Of a stretch of 64,000 nt of DNA, positions 57,618-64,000 are shown piece by piece. The stretch covers positions 576,001 through 640,000 of the forward strand of contig OY969696.1 of the NCBI GenBank assembly GCA_963702005.1. Reading direction: 5' to 3'. Made by a program: the position numbers and the translations under genes. Position 1 is the stretch's first letter; every line of letters begins with the position of its first letter. The notes under the pieces are model-generated. The model made no database searches. It was given only the letters and a program-made list of their open reading frames with translations, and was not told the DNA's origin. This DNA is from Candidatus Aminicenantes bacterium. Its GTDB lineage: Bacteria; Acidobacteriota; Aminicenantia; Aminicenantales; JAFGBC01.

Positions 57618-59321
57618 ATGTCGCACATCGGCTCCTATGACGATCGCCTGAAGAACTTCTCCTGGGACATCTCCGAGAAGGAGCTCGGCTACAAGCCGGG
57701 CGACGTCATCAACATCGCCTGGTACTGCACCGACCGCATCTGCCGGATGGGGAAAGGCAACAAGCTGGCCCTGATCTGGGAGGGGAGCACCGGGACGGAA
57801 AAGCGCTACACCTACAACGACATCCGCCTGGCCTCGAACACGATCGGGACGTACCTCCGCGGGCTCGGCCTCAAGCCGGGCGATCGGGTCTGCTTATTCA
57901 TGGACAAGATCCCCGAGCTCTACCTGGGCTTCCTGGGCATCCTCAAGATGGGCGCGATCGCCCAGCCCCTCTTCTCGGCCTTCGGCGACGAGTCCCTGTT
58001 CGTCCGCCTCTCGAACGCCGAGACCTCGGCCGTCATCACCCAGAAGAAACACGCCCCCAAGGTCCGCAAGATCCTGGACAAGCTTCCCTACCTCAAGCAC
58101 ATCATCATCGTCGATCACGACGGCGCCGCCCCCCTTAAAGAACGCGAGGCCGTTTTTAGCCTCGAGAAGGCTAAGCCGGTCGACGTCTTCGAGATCCATC
58201 CGACCAAGGCCGAGTCGCCCTCCGTCCTCCACTACACGTCGGGCACGACCGGAATGCCCAAGGGCGTCCAGCATGTCCACTACTCGCTCATCGCCCAGTA
58301 CCTGACCGGGAAGTGGGCCCTTGACCTCCGGGACGACGACATCTACTGGTGCACGGCCGACCCGGGCTGGGTGACCGGAACCTCCTACGGGATCATCGCG
58401 CCCTTCAGCCTGGGCGTCACCCAGTGCGTCCTCGACGCCGGGTTCCAAGCCGAGAGCTGGTACAAGTTCATCGAGAAGCGGCGGGTGTCGATGTGGTACT
58501 CGGCCCCGACCGCCATCCGCTCGCTCATGAAAGCGGGCGACGAAATCGTCAAGAAGCACGACCTGTCCTCCCTCCGCCACCTGGCCAGTGTCGGCGAGCC
58601 CCTCAACTCCGAGGCCGTCGTCTGGTCCCAGAAGGTCTTCGGCAAGCCCTTCTACGACACCTACTGGCAGACTGAAACGGGCTGCATCGTCATCAGCAAT
58701 TACCCGGGCATGGAGGTCCGGCCCGGCTCGATGGGCAAGCCCTTCCCGGGGATCACAGGCGTCGTCCTCGACCCGGTCAAGAACGAGCCCTACCCGGCGC
58801 CGGGCAAGATCGGGCTGGTCGCCCTCAAGTTCGACTGGCCCTCCCGGATGCGGACCTACTGGAATAACGAGGAAGCCTTCCGCAAGAAATTCAGGGGCGG
58901 CTGGTACATCACCGGCGACCGGTCGCGCCTCGACAACGACGGCTACTTCTGGTTCGCGGGCCGGGACGACGACATCATCAACACGGCCGGACACCTGGTC
59001 AGCCCATTCGAGGTTGAGTCGGCCCTGCTCGAGCATCCGGCCGTGGCCGAGTCGGCCGTCGTCAGCAAGCCCGACCCGATCAACCTCGAGGTCGTCAAGG
59101 CCTTCGTCACCCTCAAGCCCGGCTTCGCGGCCAGCAAGGACCTCGACCTCGAGATCATGAACTTCATCCGCAAGAAGCTCTCGCCGCTGGCCATGCCCCA
59201 GGAGATCGAGTTCGTGGAGGGCCTGCCCAAGACGCGGAGCGGTAAAATCATGCGCCGGATCCTCCACGCCAAGGAGTGGGGCGAGGAAATCGGCGACACC
59301 TCGACCCTCGAGAACGACTGA
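57618..59321 (+). CDS. AcsA-like short-chain acyl adenylating enzyme (acetate-CoA ligase family)
   Basis: YTSGTTGMPKG, WCTADPGWVTG, SVGEPLN, DTYWQTETG, PKTRSGKIMRR, GDTSTL. Confidence 0.9.
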   Translation: MSHIGSYDDRLKNFSWDISEKELGYKPGDVINIAWYCTDRICRMGKGNKLALIWEGSTGTEKRYTYNDIRLASNTIGTYLRGLGLKPGDRVCLFMDKIPELYLGFLGILKMGAIAQPLFSAFGDESLFVRLSNAETSAVITQKKHAPKVRKILDKLPYLKHIIIVDHDGAAPLKEREAVFSLEKAKPVDVFEIHPTKAESPSVLHYTSGTTGMPKGVQHVHYSLIAQYLTGKWALDLRDDDIYWCTADPGWVTGTSYGIIAPFSLGVTQCVLDAGFQAESWYKFIEKRRVSMWYSAPTAIRSLMKAGDEIVKKHDLSSLRHLASVGEPLNSEAVVWSQKVFGKPFYDTYWQTETGCIVISNYPGMEVRPGSMGKPFPGITGVVLDPVKNEPYPAPGKIGLVALKFDWPSRMRTYWNNEEAFRKKFRGGWYITGDRSRLDNDGYFWFAGRDDDIINTAGHLVSPFEVESALLEHPAVAESAVVSKPDPINLEVVKAFVTLKPGFAASKDLDLEIMNFIRKKLSPLAMPQEIEFVEGLPKTRSGKIMRRILHAKEWGEEIGDTSTLEND

Positions 59322-59351
59322 AATATTAATTCGCCGATAAGGAGCTTTGCC

Positions 59352-59606
59352 ATGGCCGATGCACTCAAGGACATCATTCTCGCCTACGTGACCAAGGAAT
59401 ACCTCGAGGACGACAGCGAGCCCCTCAACTACGAGACGCCCCTCATCTCGGGCGGGATCGTGGACTCGTTCTCGATGGTCTCCCTGAAGCGGTTCCTGGA
59501 GAACAAGTACAACATTTCGATCCCCGACGACAAGGCGACCCCGGAGGCCTTCGACTCGGTCGACAAGATCGCCGTCCTCGTCCGGGAATTCGTCAAGGAG
59601 TCTTAA
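59352..59606 (+). CDS. Stand-alone acyl/aminoacyl carrier protein
   Basis: 84 aa, acidic, GIVDSFSMV phosphopantetheine-site motif. Confidence 0.9.
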   Translation: MADALKDIILAYVTKEYLEDDSEPLNYETPLISGGIVDSFSMVSLKRFLENKYNISIPDDKATPEAFDSVDKIAVLVREFVKES

Positions 59607-59608
59607 GG

Positions 59609-60856
59609 ATGGCATTCAGCGCTAAAATTCGCGAGAACTACCAGGCCCAGATCAAGGGCATCCGGGACGCCGGGATCTTCAAGCAGGAGCGGTTCATCCA
59701 TTCCCCCCAGGCGGCCGACATCGAGGTCGAGTTTCCGGCCGGCGCGCCCCTCAAGAAGGTCATCAACATGTGCGCCAACAACTACCTCGGGCTGTCCAGC
59801 CACCCCGAGGTCCTCAAGGCCGCCCATGAGGGGCTGGACACGCGCGGCTACGGCATGTCCTCGGTCCGCTTTATCTGCGGGACCCAGGACATCCACCGCG
59901 AGCTCGAGAAGCGCCTGACCGAGTTCCTGGGGACCGAGGACACCCTCCTCTTCCCCTCCTGCATGGACGCCAACGCCGGCGTCTTCGAGGCGATCCTGAC
60001 CAAGGACGACGTCATCATCTCGGACCGGCTCGTCCACGCCTCGCTCATCGACGGCATCCGGCTGTGCAGCGCGATGCAGGACTCGATCAAGCACTCCGAC
60101 ATGGCCCACCTCGAGGAGAAGCTCCAGCTCCACAAGGACAAGCGCTTCAAGCTCGTCGTCAGCGACGGCGTCTTCTCGATGGACGGCGACACGGCCAAGC
60201 TCGACGAGATGGTCGCCCTCTGCGAAAAATACGACGCCATGCTCCTCGTCGACGACTCGCACTCCTCGGGCTTCATCGGAAAAACGGGCCGCGGGACGCA
60301 CGAGAAATGCGGCGTCGTGGGCAAGATCGACGTCATCACCACGACCTTCGGCAAGGCGCTCGGGGGCGCTTCGGGCGGCTGCGTCAGCGGGCGCCGCGAG
60401 CTCGTCGAGATGTGCCGTCAGCGGGCTCGGCCGTACCTCTTCTCGAACACGATCGCCCCGGTCGTCGTCGCCGGCGTCCTCAAGGTCATGGACATCATCT
60501 CCCGGTCGACCGAGCGGCGCGACAAGCTCGAGCGGAACGCGGCCTACTGGCGCAAGGGCCTGACCGAGGCCGGCTTCGTCCTCAAAGAAGGCGACACGCC
60601 GATCGTCCCGGTCATGCTCTTCAACGCCAAGCTGGCCCAGGACGTCTCGCGGGCGCTCTACGAGGAAGGGATCTACGCCATCGGGTTCTTCTTCCCGGTC
60701 GTGCCCCAGAGCCAGGCCCGGATCCGGACCCAGATCTCGGCCGGCCACGAAATCCACCATCTCGACAAGGCCCTGGACGCTTTCCGCAAGGTCGGAAAAA
60801 ACTTCGACATCCTGGGCAAGACCAAGCAAGAGATCATCGCCAAGTACGGTATGTAA
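59609..60856 (+). CDS. kbl: Glycine C-acetyltransferase-like PLP 2-oxoamine synthase
   Basis: CANNYLGL, SSVRFICGTQ, HASLIDG, DGVFSMDG, DDSH, TFGKALGG, RPYLFSN. Confidence 0.9.
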   Translation: MAFSAKIRENYQAQIKGIRDAGIFKQERFIHSPQAADIEVEFPAGAPLKKVINMCANNYLGLSSHPEVLKAAHEGLDTRGYGMSSVRFICGTQDIHRELEKRLTEFLGTEDTLLFPSCMDANAGVFEAILTKDDVIISDRLVHASLIDGIRLCSAMQDSIKHSDMAHLEEKLQLHKDKRFKLVVSDGVFSMDGDTAKLDEMVALCEKYDAMLLVDDSHSSGFIGKTGRGTHEKCGVVGKIDVITTTFGKALGGASGGCVSGRRELVEMCRQRARPYLFSNTIAPVVVAGVLKVMDIISRSTERRDKLERNAAYWRKGLTEAGFVLKEGDTPIVPVMLFNAKLAQDVSRALYEEGIYAIGFFFPVVPQSQARIRTQISAGHEIHHLDKALDAFRKVGKNFDILGKTKQEIIAKYGM

Positions 60857-60892
60857 GGAATAAGGCTAAGGTCTTTCGAGGATAGATCCAAG

Positions 60893-62824
60893 GTGTCCGA
60901 GTACGATTTCGTCTACAAATCCTTCGAGGTCATGGCCCCTGAGGACTACGCCCGGGTCGGGTTCAAATCTGGCCTGGAGATCCACCAGCAGCTCCTGACC
61001 GCCAAGAAGCTTTTCTGCCGCTGCCCGGCCGGACGCTACTCCTCCAAATACGACGCCGAGATCCTCCGCCACATGAGGCCGACCCTGTCCGAATTGGGGG
61101 AGTACGACGGCACCGCCCTGATGGAGTTCAAGACCAAGAAGGAGATCATCTACCGGATCAACCGGGAAACGGTCTGCACCTACGAAATGGACGACACGCC
61201 GCCCTTCATGATCGATGAGGATGCCCTCGACATCGCGCTGGGGATCGGCCTCCTCTACAACTGCGTCATGGTCGATGAGCTCCACATCGCCCGCAAACAG
61301 TACCTGGACGGGTCGATCCCGACCGGCTTCCAGCGGACAACCATCGTCGGCGTCGACGGACATATCCCCTACGAAGGCCGCCAAATCCGGATCATCCAGC
61401 TCGGCCTCGAGGAGGACGCCTGCCGCGAGGTCAGTGACGTCGGCCACCGCCGGACCTACCTGACCGACCGGCTGGGAATGCCGCTGATCGAAACGGTGAC
61501 CGCCCCCGACATGAAAACGCCCCACGAGGTGGCCGAGGTCGGGCAAATCCTGCGCCGGATCGTCCGGAGCACGGGCCGGGTCAGGACCGGGATGGGGGCC
61601 GCCCGCGAGGACGTCAATGTCAGCGTCACGGGAGGCACACGGGTCGAGATCAAGGGCGTCCCGCGCCTCCCCCGCATTCCTCTCCTGACTTACAACGAGG
61701 GCATGAGGCAATGGAACCTCCTCCGCCTTCGCGAGGAGCTCGGCCGGCGCGGCATCACGACCGAGAGCTTCGGGTCCGAGTACCAGGAGATCACCAGGGT
61801 TCTGCGCCGGACGGCCTATCTTCCGATCCGGTCCGCCCTCGACTCCGGACTCAGCGTTTACGGGGTGCGTCTGCGCGGATTCCGGGGGATTCTCCTCTGG
61901 CAAACCCAGACCAACACGGTCTTTTCCCAGGAGATCTCGGACCGCGTCCGGGTCATCGCCTGCCTGACGACCCTCCCCAACATCATCCATTCCGACAGCC
62001 CGGGCGAGACGCTGGCGAGCTCCGAGTGGCTGAGCGTCAAGAAAGCCCTCAACGCCCGCGACGAAGATACGCTCGTCCTGGTCTGGGGCCCGGCCGAGGA
62101 CGCGCTGACCGGGGCCAAGGAGATCGTCATCCGGGCCAAGGAGGCGACGATCGGGATTCCATCCGAGACGCGCCAGGCCCTGGCCGACGGGACGAACGGG
62201 TTCGAGCGGATTCTGCCCGGACCGAACCGGATGTATCCGGACACGGACCTTCCGCCCAAGCCGGTGCCCGCCGAGCGGCTGGAGCGGATCCGGGCGGGGC
62301 TCCCGCCCCGAATCGTGGATCGGGAAATCCGCTATAAAGAGATTGGAGTCCCGGCCGACCTGCGCTCCGCGCTGGCCGTGTCGCCGTGGGCGGAGCTTTT
62401 CGAAAAGCTCATCGGCGAAAATAAGCTGCCGGCTTCGCTCGCGGCCGTCGTCCTCGTCCAGTATCCGAAGAGACTCAGGACGAAAGGGCTTCCGGCGGAG
62501 GGGCTGAGCGGGGACATGTTCCAATCCGCCTTCGCGGCGTTCAAGGACAGCCGCGTTTCCCGGGATGGCATTCTCGCGCTTCTGGAGGGCGCCCTCAGCG
62601 ACGGAAAGAATATCGGCGAGCTCGTTCCTCCGCCTTTCGACAAAGCCGACTTCGAAAAACGTCTGGCCGGGATCCCCGGCGACGTCAAAGGACGCTGTTT
62701 CGCCGATGCCGAGAGCCGTTGGCGCTATGTCATGGGGCTGGTCATGAAGGACTGGCGCGGACGGCTCGAGGGACGGACGGCGGCCGAGGAAGTCCGGCGG
62801 CGCTTGGAGAGGGTCAAGGCATGA
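60893..62824 (+). CDS. gatE: Glu-tRNA(Gln) amidotransferase subunit E
   Basis: GLEIHQQL..KKLFC.CP, RPTLSELGE.D, DGSIPTGFQRT, LEEDA, DRLG.PLIE, RVEIKGV, long central insertion, ETR.A..DG, RMYP.TD, MGLVMK..RG tail. Confidence 0.92.
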   Translation: MSEYDFVYKSFEVMAPEDYARVGFKSGLEIHQQLLTAKKLFCRCPAGRYSSKYDAEILRHMRPTLSELGEYDGTALMEFKTKKEIIYRINRETVCTYEMDDTPPFMIDEDALDIALGIGLLYNCVMVDELHIARKQYLDGSIPTGFQRTTIVGVDGHIPYEGRQIRIIQLGLEEDACREVSDVGHRRTYLTDRLGMPLIETVTAPDMKTPHEVAEVGQILRRIVRSTGRVRTGMGAAREDVNVSVTGGTRVEIKGVPRLPRIPLLTYNEGMRQWNLLRLREELGRRGITTESFGSEYQEITRVLRRTAYLPIRSALDSGLSVYGVRLRGFRGILLWQTQTNTVFSQEISDRVRVIACLTTLPNIIHSDSPGETLASSEWLSVKKALNARDEDTLVLVWGPAEDALTGAKEIVIRAKEATIGIPSETRQALADGTNGFERILPGPNRMYPDTDLPPKPVPAERLERIRAGLPPRIVDREIRYKEIGVPADLRSALAVSPWAELFEKLIGENKLPASLAAVVLVQYPKRLRTKGLPAEGLSGDMFQSAFAAFKDSRVSRDGILALLEGALSDGKNIGELVPPPFDKADFEKRLAGIPGDVKGRCFADAESRWRYVMGLVMKDWRGRLEGRTAAEEVRRRLERVKA

Positions 62825-64000
62825 ACGACGCCAACCTCTATAAAGGATACAAGGGCCGGGCCCTGGAGGTCCTCCAGAGCTTCCAGGCCCAGGTCTGGAG
62901 CGACGTCGTGATCAAGACCGATCGGGGCGAATACGTCGGCATCGTCCTGCCGCGCTCCGAGACGGCCGACCCCTTGCACGTCGTGCTCAAGCTCCGTTCG
63001 GGCTACAACATCGGAATCCTGGCCGAGAGCGTCCGCGAGGTCGAGATCCGGGGCCGCAAGGAAGCCCACTATAAGATCCCCGAGAAGGAATTTCCCTACG
63101 ACCCGGCCAAGCCGAGGGTGAAGCTTCTGGGAACGGGCGGCACGATCGCCAGCCGGCTCGACTACCGGACGGGCGCCGTCATCCCGGCCTTCTCGCCGGG
63201 CGAGCTCTACGGCTCGGTCCCCGAGCTGGCCGACATCTGCAACCTCGAAACCGAGAAACTCTTCGGCGTCTTCAGCGAGAACATGGGACCCGAACAGTAC
63301 ATCGGGACGGCCGAGGCCATCGGCCGCGAGATCAAGAAGGGGGTCGACGGGATCGTCATCGGCCACGGCACCGACACCATGCACCACACCGTCGGCCATC
63401 CTGTCCTTCATGGTTCAGAATTCGCCGGTGCCGATCGTCATGGTCGGCTCCCAGCGTTCGAGCGACCGGCCTTCATCGGACGCCGCCCTCAACCTCATGC
63501 ACAGCGTCAAGACGGCGGCCGAGAGCAACATCGCCGAGGTCATGGTCTGCATGTTCGGGCCGACCTCGGCCATCTACGGCCTCCTCCACCGCGGGACGCG
63601 CGTCCGCAAGATGCACTCGAGCTACCGCTCGACCTTCCGGACGATCGGGGATATTCCGCTGGCCATGGTCAGCCGGGAGAAGATCACGCCGCTGCGCCGC
63701 GACTACAAGCGTCGCCGGAACGACAAGAACGTCGTCATCAACACGGCCTTCGAGGAGAAGGTCGCCATCGTCTACTATTACCCCAACATGAAGCCGGACA
63801 TCATCGACTCCCTGATCGACAACGGCTACCTGGGGATCATCATCGCCGGGACGGGGCTGGGGCATGTCAACAAGCCGCTCTACCCGTCGCTCAAGCGGGC
63901 CCAGGACAAGAAGATCGCGGTGTACATGACCGTCCAGACGCTTTGGGGCTACGTCCAGATGTACGTCTACGACACGGGGCGGGACATGATGGAGCTGGGC
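62821..64000 (+). CDS. gatD: Glu-tRNA(Gln) amidotransferase subunit D, +1 frameshift near 63390, runs off the window
   Basis: Manual translation: LKLRSGYNIG (GatD N-domain), TGGTIASRLDYRTG, HGTDTM; after the shift VGSQRSSDRPSSDA, RVRKMHS, GTGLGH. Confidence 0.9.
   Translation, partial: MNDANLYKGYKGRALEVLQSFQAQVWSDVVIKTDRGEYVGIVLPRSETADPLHVVLKLRSGYNIGILAESVREVEIRGRKEAHYKIPEKEFPYDPAKPRVKLLGTGGTIASRLDYRTGAVIPAFSPGELYGSVPELADICNLETEKLFGVFSENMGPEQYIGTAEAIGREIKKGVDGIVIGHGTDTMHHTVGHPVLHGSEFAGADRHGRLPAFERPAFIGRRPQPHAQRQDGGREQHRRGHGLHVRADLGHLRPPPPRDARPQDALELPLDLPDDRGYSAGHGQPGEDHAAAPRLQASPERQERRHQHGLRGEGRHRLLLPQHEAGHHRLPDRQRLPGDHHRRDGAGACQQAALPVAQAGPGQEDRGVHDRPDALGLRPDVRLRHGAGHDGAG

Noticed and set aside
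1-64000. tRNA, rRNA or prophage genes
   Set aside because: No cloverleaf, rRNA-like stretch or phage structural gene was recognised by eye; a tRNAscan-SE/Infernal run would be needed to exclude them.

Overview
GC-rich bacterial chromosomal window. The gene content (kinase-TolB-N-TPR protein, DUF4412, several orphan outer-membrane barrels) is consistent with an Aminicenantes/Acidobacteriota-like organism, but that placement is inference only. Most of it is housekeeping or accessory: accA, rlmB, thyA-like, higBA, ogt, fadD, radC-recA, sod, corA, ytrAB-like ABC, mgsA, uvrA, SSS transporter, mntP, DAK2-DegV, asnA, and an IS. Four things stand out. (1) A co-directional unit at the right end, acpS - AcsA-like adenylating enzyme - DltC-like carrier protein - Kbl-type 2-oxoamine synthase - gatE - gatD: a carrier-protein module linked to the normally archaeal GatDE amidotransferase, with a +1 frameshift in gatD. 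(2) Several families of short palindromic non-autonomous elements nested inside each other. One family ends in TTGAC and sits at sigma70 -35 boxes, rebuilding them; an empty/filled site pair is present within the window. (3) A superoxide dismutase gene with two strong in-frame starts (Tat-exported and cytoplasmic). (4) Many short remnants of paralogous genes at 49-55 kb. No rRNA, tRNA, CRISPR array or reverse transcriptase was seen. All family calls come from motifs read by eye; no searches were run.
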